A stretch of DNA of 64,000 nucleotides, taken from positions 13,022,001-13,086,000 of the forward strand of contig NC_087250.1 in assembly GCF_037042905.1 (NCBI RefSeq), in the 5' to 3' direction. Each line of letters opens with the position of its first letter. Position 1 is the first letter of the stretch. Below, piece by piece: positions 1-10,732 of this stretch. The translations under genes and the position numbers were made by a program. The notes beneath the pieces are model-generated. The model was given only the letters and a program-made list of their open reading frames with translations. It was not told where the DNA came from and made no database searches. The DNA comes from Lytechinus pictus (lineage: Eukaryota).

Positions 1-1096
1 GTTTCCAACGTAGTCAACGCTGTGCCTTTGTTGGCTGTTCAACACCTATCCAATCAAACACGCGTTTCCAACGTTGTGACGTTGTTGGCTGTCCAACAAA
101 TCTCCAACACACTAGTTTCCAATGTTGTGCCATTGTCTGTTGTTCAACAACTTTCCAACGTTGCCAACGTTGTGTCATCGTCGACTATCCTACTGATCTC
201 CAATCTACCAGTTTCCAACGTTGTGCCAGTGTCAGTTGTTCAACAACCTCCCATCTAACTAGTTTCCAGCTTTATCAACGTTGTGTCATTGTATACTATC
301 TAACTAATCTCCAATCTACCAGTTTCCAACGTTGTGCCATCGTCGACTATCCAACAAATCTCCATCGAACTAGTTTCTAGCTTTGACAACGTTGTGCCAT
401 AGTTGGTTGTTCAACAACTTTCCATCGAACTATAGTTTCCAACGTTGCCAACCCTGTGTCATCGTCGACTATCCAACTAATCTCCAACCTACTAGTTTCC
501 ATCGTTGTGCCATTGTCGACTGTCCAACAACTCTCCAACTAACAAGTTTCCAACGTTGCCAACGTCGTGTCATTGTTGATTGTTCAACAACTTTCCAGCG
601 AACTAGTTTCCAACGTTGCCAACGTGTGCCTTTGCTGGCTGTCAACAACTATCCAATCAAACGTGTCTCCAACGTTGTGACATTGTCGACTGTCCAACAA
701 CTCTCCAACTTACTAGTCTCCAACGTTGTGCCATTGTCGACCGTCCAACAAATCTCCAACAAACTAGTTTCCAACTTTGTCAACGTTGTGCCATTGTCGG
801 TTGTTCAACAACTTTCCAGCGAACTAGTTTCCAACGTTGCCAACGTTGTGCCTTTGCTGGCTGTTCAACAACTATCCAATCAAACGTGTTTCCAACGTTG
901 TGACATTGTCGACTGTCCAACAACTCTCCAACTAACAAGTTTCCAACGTTGCCAACTTCGTGTCATTGTTGATTGTCCATCATCTTTCCATCAAACTAGT
1001 TTCCAACGTCGATTCAACGTTAATCCATCAAGTTTTTCCAACGTCCAACGACTTTCAAGTTTCCAACGTGGAGCCAACGTTGGCTTGTTACCTGGG
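1..1096. mobile_element. Non-autonomous element built of degenerate tandem TTTCCAACGTTG repeats; right end GTTACCTGGG followed by TTA (Harbinger-like)
   Basis: Dozens of CCAACGTTG/CAACAA subunits; sharp end at 1096 against Gypsy RNase H coding sequence; left end outside the window. Confidence 0.65.
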
Positions 1097-1362
1097 TTAC
1101 TTCGAAGAGAACAAGCATATTCCACCATTGAACGTGAGTGTTAAGCCATAATTTGGGCTGTAAGAAAGTTCGAGCCATACTTATATGGTAGACAATTTGT
1201 GCTCGAAACTGATCATCAACCATTAACCTACATGAATAGTGTAAACCCAGCCAATATGGGAGGCTGATGCGCTGGATCTTAGCATTGCAAGCTTACAGAT
1301 TTCGCGTAGAAGCGATTCGCGGCAGCGACAATGTCGGAGCAGACGTATTGAGTAGGTTGTGA
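1097..1362 (+). pseudogene. Gypsy pol RNase H C-terminus (degenerate)
   Basis: [39 protein letters not shown]...RLMRWILALQAYRF...GSDNVGADVLSRL*; one stop and one frameshift. Confidence 0.9.
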
Positions 1363-1409
1363 AAAAAAAAAGTAAAAGTAAGAGCATTTTATCGAAGAGG
1401 GGAGTAAAA

Positions 1410-4348
1410 TGTCACATTGAAAATGCATTTATTTTATTTTATGTATTTTCCTCAGCAAAGCTTGCTTATTTTATCTAAGTTTCACTCCTCAGCCAGGTTG
1501 CTAAGAGACAAGGAGTAGATCTTATGCAAGAGTGAGTAGGAGATGAAAGAAGTATGTGAGAGATTCTTTTTGCTAGAATTGAATTGAGATAATTTGCATA
1601 TCTATTGTGTGTTGTGTCCAGGGTGGTAGACTTGTATAGATCCCTTTTAGTGAGCTCAGTGAGCCTTTTCTTTTTAACAGCTGCTTAAAGTTGAATTAAG
1701 AAGGGGGTGAGTTTCCATAAATATAGGTTCTACATACAATATATAGTATATATAAGTTGTTCAAACACATAGCATGTCACAATAATCCTCTGCCTTCTCG
1801 ATATTTTGCTTTGAAAGTCTATGAAATTAGCCACCTGTCAGAGCCCGAGAGACGAGTGTACAGAAAAGTCACTCGGAGTGTGACGTCACCGGGGGGAATT
1901 TAGTATAAGAGGTGCCTGAATGTCATACAGAAATGCTATGCAGAGAGAGAAAGATATTTTACAATTTTTTTTCAAAGCAACTCAAATCAAACAAATAGGA
2001 CTGATATGTACAAATCTTTACTTTCCCTGTATAAAAAACAGTATGAATAACCACCATGAACTCTTCAATCATGATGTAAGATAGCAAACAGTGAGTTATT
2101 GAATGATATTTTCACTATTTCTCATTTATTTTATCACGATGTTCAATCAAGTGAGTAGCTGGAAAGTAATTCCGGCGGCTAGCTCAGCGCGCGCTGAACG
2201 CATAATACTAGTACACACAACACCCAGGCATTGAGTGTACTGTTATGGTCTGGTATGTCGACTTAGTTCATGGCCGTGCAGCGATCCCCTGGCGTTTTTT
2301 CTTCTTTTCTTTTGTCTTTGACTCCACTTTTATATCCTCTGGATCATTTCCACTCATAGCTCATTCCACAGAACAATCTTGAACCAAACGTATAGTATTC
2401 TTTCTCGGCCTTCTGAGTTGTTTTCTATATTTAATTACGCTAGGGGTCACCGTCACACATACAAACGCAATTCGGAAGTGAGTTGAAGACAGAAAGATAT
2501 ATAGTAATTAGTATACATCTCTATGGCTGAAGACAACAAGAACGGTACGGTAGCTCGACAGCTAGCTGCGCCGGAGCGGGCGGCCGGTCGGCACAAAGCA
2601 ATTCCGCAACCAACTGTGTTTTTTTGCAAGAGCCGCGTCACACGCGGATAAATATGTCATAATAACACGTCTGCTACGTTATCGACTGGTGAGAAGATCT
2701 CGATCAAATTTCATATTATTCACCTTGAAATTATTCCTTTAGGGTCTATGTTATCATTCTGAGGGAATTCACATATTTGGAATAATAGTACGGCCACAAA
2801 TATTTTAATCATTTCCTCTTTGCAAGTTCTATGGCTCGCAGATACAACTTCAACTGCAGTTATTCCATAGTAGTACACAAAACGGCACTGCCTTGTTTAC
2901 TAAACCGGGACCGAATACCCCCCGGTGACGTCACACTCAAAGAACACCCGTCTCGGTAGGCATTGCAGGAGCGAACTCAGGGAAAATGGGTAGGGATAAA
3001 TCGTTCAAATTCACTATTTTGAAAAAAGAAAATGGGGGGTCGAATCACCTATTAGTGTTTGGGGGGTTGTAAGGTTGCTATTAATGTAAATATCTCAATA
3101 TTTGGAATCGTCTTCTTAATTCAACTTTAAGATACTTTTGGGGGAATTGTAAAATTGGGAGGAGACCCCAGTAGCTTTCCACTAGTTTTCTGGCATTGCA
3201 TCTTGGAGACTTTGTGTAACACACACCTATGCAATTTTGGGGCAGTCGCCATTTTAGCTGCCATCTTGATAATTTTTGAATTTCAACTTTAAACAGAAAA
3301 GCAGCCTTTCTTGTTTGATCTTGGCTGGAACTTTTAGATACCTGTATGAGGTCAGATTTAGCTGAATTTATGCTGTTATATTTATGCCTGTATTGAAGAA
3401 GCCATCGATGGTTCTAAGATCGGGATATATTCCAAGACCGGATAATTTCCAGGATCGGGACATTTCCCAAGACCGGGTCGCTTTGAAGACTGGTGAATTG
3501 TTTTAAGCTGAACATTATAAAGTGCTGACTCTGAAGGTTTTCGGTCAACATGTCACCTGACAGATAAGTTGTAAATAGCAGTGAGAGAGAAAGCAGGAGA
3601 CGTTTCGTTAAATTTGAAACTAGCTTTCTAAATACCAGGAAGTCTTGCAAATTGACATTTCAGAAAATAGACATTGATTATGAAGATGACCGAACATGAA
3701 CAGTTTGATAGTGAGAAGAGTTTATTCGAATTTGAATCCGTGTAAGATATGATGTCGATTAACAGAGTTTTGAGCTAGAATTTAGGTGCATAATTTTTGT
3801 AAGCTCAAGTTCAGGAGTTAGAAGGATTTTGAAATGTAATCACAAAAATGTTGTGATAAGAGATACAAAGTGGTGAGAATGGAATTCTATGAAGGTGGAT
3901 TAATGCAGGATCCTTTCATAGGAATTTTTGGTAGTCGTTATTGTGAAAACAAAATGAAACAAAGTTAAAGGTTCAATTGATATATTTGGAGGTAATTTTG
4001 CAGGTGAAAATGTAATACACTGAACGTTGAAGTTGGTGATTAGATCAGTGCAGGATCTCTTCAGTTATATTGGAGTTAGAGACAGATCGAGAGTTTAATG
4101 TTATAGCTTGGATCAATGCAGGATCCTTTGATTGTAAACTTGTGAATTAGAGTACTTTTCAGAATACTTTATCATTTAGAGGTGTTACAGTTTTATTTCC
4201 CTTTTAAAATTCATACGTTGGACAATATTGAACTTCGAAGAGAGATGTTTTGATATTGGAGTTTTGTATACTGAAAAAAATTTGTAAATTGTGATTTGGT
4301 ACACATTGAGTTTTACTTGAATTTTATTTGGAGTCCGCCCATGTGACA
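1410..4348 (+). mobile_element. 3' LTR of the Gypsy element, interrupted by a TTAA element
   Basis: PPT GAAGAGGGGAG at ~1394-1404, then TGTCACAT...ATGTGACA 8-bp inverted termini. Confidence 0.75.
1689..3126. mobile_element. Kolobok-like non-autonomous DNA transposon (AG...CT ends, TTAA TSD)
   Basis: 15-bp TIR AGTTGAATTAAGAAG; TTAA at 1685-1688 and 3127-3130; subterminal inverted GAGTGTGACGTCACCGGGGGG. Confidence 0.75.
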
Positions 4349-4455
4349 CCCGGCAGGGACATTTTTTCGGCATCACCAATTTTTCCAAAGGGTAGATAGC
4401 TCTGGGGAACCTTGATTTAAGCTACGCCTACCATTGTTCTCTTCATCCATTTCTT
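4349..4455 (+). mobile_element. 3' part of a tRNA-derived SINE split by the LTR element
   Basis: Near-identical to the reverse complement of 41960-42065. Confidence 0.75.
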
Positions 4456-4505
4456 TACAATATTTAAATAAAAGAGTTGCCAAAGCTGTTGTGCATGTAT
4501 AATTT

Positions 4506-4537
<32 letters not shown>

Positions 4538-5809
4538 CATTGAACATGAGAACAATTAGTATAATACATCTTAGCAAGACAATAACTGATCATTTCAAAT
4601 TTTCCATGTACGTAGGCCTATCGATTACCCCCCCCCCCAAAAAAAAAAGGGATATAGCTCGCTGAATGCTGCCATGCACACGACCTTGATACTACAAGAA
4701 GTTAAAGTACTCCATGACGCAATTAACTGTATGTGGGACCATACCAACTTACACGAAAGAAACAACACGCACACGCATGAGTGGTACTTTGTGTCCCCTT
4801 GACCGTTTGGAGTACTTTAAAGTGTTTCCGTCGGCCTCAAAAGAGCGCGTTTTTGCTCTGTCTAGTTTTTATATCGATCATTGGGAATGCACAAGGGAAG
4901 TCGTTATATATCTGTTTTTTCTTGCAGCATGTTTTTAAAGCCCAAGTAAATCCACAGTAGAACACAACTTAACAAGATGTATAGACCTGATAATAGCTTT
5001 ATGGGGCGTCTGGCACTTTTTTATTTGGGTGATTTGGTATGTAATTGCCGAATTAAGTAGCTAACCATATTACCATTGATTTAAAAAAAAACACGGAAAG
5101 GTAGAACAAGGAAAAATAATTATTAGGAAACAGACGGGATTGATACTGCAGCGTGTTCATCGCGTTGCGAGGACAAATTCTACTTAAGCATTTTAAGTGT
5201 GCCAGGTCAATATTCCAAGCTATTTGAACTTGGATCCCACATCCAGAGGTATATCGTCAAGAAAATAATTTGCTTATCCGGGGGCGGGGATAAAGCTCTT
5301 CGTAAGTTACGAATGACTGGTTATTCTTGGGGTAAATGATATTAACCAAATGTTCATTGATCAGTGGATGTTCATTTAGCGCCCATCAAAAGGATCACCA
5401 ATTGTACGTACTTACGAACATTGGCATAAAAGGGGGTGGGGGGGGGGGGGGGCTGTCCCATCCGGCGGATTTCGCATGGAAATATAGAAAAAAAGGAAAA
5501 TGGCGAAAGGTCAGCAACAACGATTGCACACGATAGTTCTTATACCCCCCCCCCAAAAAAAAAAAAAATAATAATAACAATAATAATATTAAATAAATAA
5601 ATATAATTAAAATGAAGCGCACATTTGAAGAAATCAATATTCATATACCGTGTGAGTAAAAAAAATCAGAAATCCGATGCATTAATACATTATTACTATA
5701 TATGCCCTGATCAACATTATTTTCTCCCAAATAATTTGACACCATATTAATGTGGTGTGTGTTAACACTTGGATGATCAGGAGGTATTCTTTGCAGTGAT
5801 GTCAATCTT

Positions 5810-6077
5810 GATTTGCGCCCAAGTAAGGCATGCATGACTGCAGTAAACGAATCAAGATGTCAATAATGTCACAAGCCTACAAGGATTGCATTAAAATCCA
5901 TTTCAAAACAAATTTTCAATAATTTACATTATAGCTGTCTGGTAAACGCTTTTTAGTAACAATTCTCAAGTTAATTTCATTGAAAAGGGATTTACAAATA
6001 TGTTTACTAACTCATGTATGATTATGACATCATTGGATTCATTCATTGCAGTCATGCCTTACTTCGGGCGCAAATCA
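5810..6077. mobile_element. MITE, ~270 bp
   Basis: Inverted ends GATTTGCGCCC-AAGTAAGGCATG...CATGCCTTACTTCGGGCGCAAATC extending ~55 bp. Confidence 0.65.
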
Positions 6078-6084
6078 TCATTTT

Positions 6085-8445
6085 TCTTAGGGTTTCTGTT
6101 ACGAGGAATTCATTTATGACCTAAGTTTTTGTTTTTATGTAAGGCAGTCATTGTATTCAGTGGAATTGGCATAATGAGCTAATTAGCATAAGTGATTATA
6201 GACTCTTTGCGAATGTACATACAGCAAACACCAAAACATAGATAATACAGCTCTTCTATGGTTTACTATATGACGAGGAATTCATTTATGACAATTATTT
6301 CCGTTTTTATGCACTGATATTTACGTAATCAGCATAATTAGCATAATTCACCAATTAACATACATGTGCAATATTTTATTTCTCATTTCATATCCTCAAA
6401 ACCTGAAAACATGAATAATACATCCATTTAAGGGTTAATATTGCGAGAAATTCATTATGACAATGGTTTTCATTTAATGTTACGGTCGTAATTTGCATAA
6501 TTAGTATAGCTCACTTATTAATATATAAAATATAAAAGTATTTATGTATCATTTTATATCTAGAAAGTCTAAAACATGAACAATGCAGCTCTTCGAATGT
6601 TTTCTAGGATGAGGAATTAATCTATGGCACAAGCCTTCCTTTCTAATCAGTGTAATCATCATTATTAACACAATTAACATAATTTGACCTCTGGAAAGAA
6701 CAGAGCCATTTTATCAATGGCTCTGAATATAGTGATCCATCCGTATCTTTTTAAGTGTTTACATATTTAATTTTAATTTGTTGTGATTTTTATATGGTAA
6801 ATAAAACCAAACCAAACCAAACGTGCAATGTCAAGATTTCTTTGTCACTATTTTACCTCGTAAGCCTGAAAAAAAAATACCGCTATTCCAAGGTTTTCTG
6901 TGAAGAGAAATTCATTTATCTCACCAATTTTCCTTTTTAAACAAATTTATCATCTGAATTACTAGCACGATTAGCATTATGTGCTAATTAGTATATGCCG
7001 TATAGATTTCTTTGCCACAGAATAGAAAGCTTGAAAACAGGAATAATACAGCTCTTCTTACGATTAAATCATTTTTTACACGAGCTCTCCTTTAATAACC
7101 AACGAAATCATCGTAGAAAACATCATTTCCAGAATGCCCTATTTACATTTTTACATGACTTGTATTTGCATTAAGTTCGTTTCACTGTATTATATGGAAA
7201 GCCTGCATGGAAACTTCAACGATACAGCGTTTTTTGGTTTCTATATGACATGTATGAGGTGTTCACTTTAACACTACTTTCCATTTTACCAATGTAATCA
7301 GAATAATATAGGGACGAAGAAATCTATAGGTCCATGTCAATTGACGCACTATGCAAATTATGTCAATTGCGGTGATTGAATTTTGTTAAAAAGGAAAATT
7401 AAATGTAAAGTCGTAAATGAGATTCTCGTTATAGAAAAAAGAGTTGTATTATTCATGTTTTGAGGTTTTCTAGATAACACTTGACAACAATGCAATGTAT
7501 TGCATATTATGTCAATTAGCTAATCATGCTGATTATCCTAACAATGATGAATAAACTTTGTTTAGAAGGAAAATTAGTTTCATAAAAATATTCCTCTAGA
7601 TAGAAAACCTCAGCAGAGTTGTAAAATCATTTTTGTTTTCAGGCTTGTTTAATTAGATAATACAATGGGAAATATGATATTGCACGTAGGCCTAACGGTT
7701 ACTTAGCTCATTATGTTAATTATGCCAGGGTGCTACATAAATTTTTAGAAGCACTTGCCCGGTCGGGCAAGTAAATTTTTAAATAGTTGGAATATACTTG
7801 CCCAAAAATCTATTTCACTTGCCCCCAAAAATCCTTGAAAAAAGTTTTGCATCTTCAAAAGAAAGTTTTGCGGTTTTATAAACTATTGACCTTTTTCTCT
7901 CTTTTGACATGAAGTGTTATTGCATTTCTTTTTCAAAAGTGATTTTATCTTGCCTGTCATGACCAAAATTAGGGTCAATATAATATCATATCGACCCTAA
8001 TTTTGGTCATACTGTGAGAATTTTGCTTGCCCTATCGGGCAAGTAGTTTTGGTCTTTACTTCAAAGCACTTGCCCGACTCTAACTTTTACTTGCCCCGGG
8101 GCAATCGGTCAAGTGCTTATGTAGCACCCTGATTATGCTAATAAAAGCATAAATATTTGTTAGAAAGGAAAACCATTTTAATAATATTAAACCTTAGAAG
8201 AGCTGTATTATTCATGTATTCTGGTTTTCTAGATAGCACTTGACAACAAATTCTATGTATTGCACATATATATATATGTATATAAAGCAAAATACATTTA
8301 TACATATATGTATATATGTGTGTGTTAATTGGTGAGCTAATTACGTAAATGTCACTAAATAAAAAGGAAAACGATTGTCATAAATGATAAATTAATTCCT
8401 CGTCTTAGAAAACCATAGAAGAGCTGTATTATTCATGTTTTTAGG

Positions 8446-8477
<32 letters not shown>

Positions 8478-8671
8478 CAAAAAAAGTTGAATAAAACAAC
8501 CGTAGATAGAAAAGTTGATCAAATTTTCGCCCATAGGGCTTCATCAGGAAATGATGAATTTATTAGTCAACAGCACCAAGAAACGCAGTGCGCAAAATGC
8601 AAAGCGTAAAAAACAACGCGCTAAGAGGTAAGACGCGAAGCGCAACAGTACAAAAGAAAAGAGAGAGAGAG

Positions 8672-8740
<69 letters not shown>

Positions 8741-9690
8741 TACGAAGATATCATTGTAAATTATACATATGTTAAGAATATTGATTATACAAATTATGAC
8801 AAAAACATTACTAAAAAATGAAAACATTTGCAAGTTATGGAGTCCTTGCCATATCAAACCTTAAAATAGTTGTATTATTTACGTTTTCAGGTTTGTAGAT
8901 ATAATCCAAAAAGATATATGTATTGCACATTGTATTGAGGAATTATGTTAATTGTGCTAATTACGTAAATGTCACTCAATAAAAGGAAAATCATTGCCAT
9001 AAATGAATTTCTCGTCATAGATAATCATAGACATGATAGAAGAGCTGTATTGTTCATAATACCAGAAAATACGGAAAAACTAACTTTGATTAAAATGAAA
9101 ACCATAGTTGCAATAATGAATTCTTAAAATGTAGCCTATTATTCATGTTTTCAGGTTTTGTGGATATACATAATGACAAAGAAATATATATTCCACATGA
9201 ATGTTACTTGGGGAATTGTGCTATGTAAAAAAAGAAAATAGTTGTCATAAGAATTCCTCGTCATAGAAAATCATATAAGAGCTGTATTATCTATGTTTTA
9301 GTGTTTTCTATATGTACTATTCTTAAAAAAAAGTATATTACACTTCTAATTAGCCCATTATGCTAATTAAACGTACTGATTACATGCTTCATTTACTTAA
9401 AATAAAAACTAAGGTCATGAATGAATTCCTCGTCAAAGGAACCCGTGGAAAATCGTATTCTTTTTGTTTTCATTCTCTAGATTTTTTTTTGCAGTATCTT
9501 ACTTATAAAAAAAAGTATGCTTATGCATGATGATGATTGTGCTTATTATGCTAATTTAAAAAATGCCCAAGGTTGACAAGGTGGCAACCACTTTTTACTT
9601 CAAAACCCATCTAAAACACAAATCAACCAAAAAACTTTGTACTTAACAACTTTCCATGACCTTTGTGATTTTTCATTAGGATAAGCACTA
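6085..9690. repeat. Degenerate ~170-bp tandem units in two opposing arms (foldback-like)
   Basis: GAGGAATTCATTTATGAC and AATACAGCTCTTCT units on + to ~7300; reverse-complement units from ~7330 to ~9560. Confidence 0.65.
7726..8131. mobile_element. CA...TG MITE (P/hAT-like) with 7-bp TSD
   Basis: 15-bp TIR CAGGGTGCTACATAA; TSD ATTATGC on both sides; internal ACTTGCCC repeats; hairpin at ~7958-8010. Confidence 0.85.
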
Positions 9691-10349
9691 TCATTTTCAA
9701 ATGTAGATGTTGCGTAAGCTTTACCGGTAGAGTATTCAAATTCTAAGAACAAAAGGCATTGTATAGACCAGGTGACTAGAATAGTACATCAGGGATAAAG
9801 TTTGGAAATCTGTTTTATTGTCTGCCTTTGGCACATTTGACTATTGTTTAGGCTACTATAAAAAAAAACAGTGATTATGAAGGCTCTATTTATTACTCTT
9901 CAGCTTGGATGTGATAAAATGAATATTCTGAAAGGAATACATGAATAATCATCAAATCACAAATGCCTATGTCAGTGAATTTGAAAGCCACCTTCATGGT
10001 TTTTCTCAAATGACCTTTTTCTGCTCGTGCGCAGTTTACAACCGTGAACAGGCTTATTTTTTCGAATAATATACCGAGAAGTGCGTATGATACCAGAGAG
10101 TTTGGAGTTAATACCAACGAATGGAACAAAAGCATGAATTGGTACCCAATCGAAGATTACATAACTCAAATGACGTGGGCAAACGCCAGAGCGTGATTGT
10201 CCACCGGTGTCCACTGGCACTGACCTGATAGGAATCCATGCTATGTACACGCGGTGTAAATTTCACGTTGGCTTCAGTGAGCCCGTGTGGCTTTATATGT
10301 AGATATCGCCCATAGCAACTCGCATTCCGCACACAGACCGCATGCTCTT

Positions 10350-10361
10350 TGCACACGGCCC
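10350..10361 (+). promoter_or_regulatory. Metal response element (MTF-1 site) TGCACACGGCCC
   Basis: Exact match to the extended consensus TGCRCNCGGCCC, ending 42 nt before the ZIP ATG; further cores at 10027-10033 (-), 11133-11139 (-) and 11385-11391 (+). Confidence 0.7.
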
Positions 10362-10402
10362 TTATACTTAGCATAAGCAGTACACCATACACATAGCGAA
10401 TA

Positions 10403-10732
10403 ATGATGGCGGCTGTACGGTGTTGTTCCTGTTGTGTCGTGTGCATAACTCTTCCTCTCCTCCTCCTCCCACCGTTGTCGGTGTCGGCTGAGGAGGGATT
10501 TCCCCGACTTCGAAGACAAGCACACGACCACGAACATGACCACGATTTGGAAGAGAGCTATTTTGCAGGTATAGGAAACTATCTCGTAGATGAGGAATTA
10601 ACAGCAGAGAGAGCTAATTGCGATTTTGCGGAAAACCACAATGAGAACATCACGTTAACACAAGTCAACATCTTGATTTCGACGCTGTTTGCGAGGGCTG
10701 GTTGTGAACACCGCTGGAATGACTGCTCAGAG
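10403..10732 (+). CDS. ZIP exon 1 (signal peptide, His-rich segment)
   Basis: ATG at 10403; AG|GTAAGC donor, phase 0. Confidence 0.85.

Noticed and set aside
1..1075. CRISPR-like array
   Set aside because: No constant repeat with unique spacers; the units are degenerate copies of each other, the context is eukaryotic and there are no cas genes.
22..1151. Cys/Gln-rich and Val/Ser/Asn-rich ORFs (up to 253 aa)
   Set aside because: They are translations of a tandem DNA repeat that is open in several frames; only the last few codons are real (Gypsy RNase H).
8588..8857. IYIYIY-type ORFs here and at ~52595 and ~59935-60388
   Set aside because: Translations of (TA)n microsatellites.
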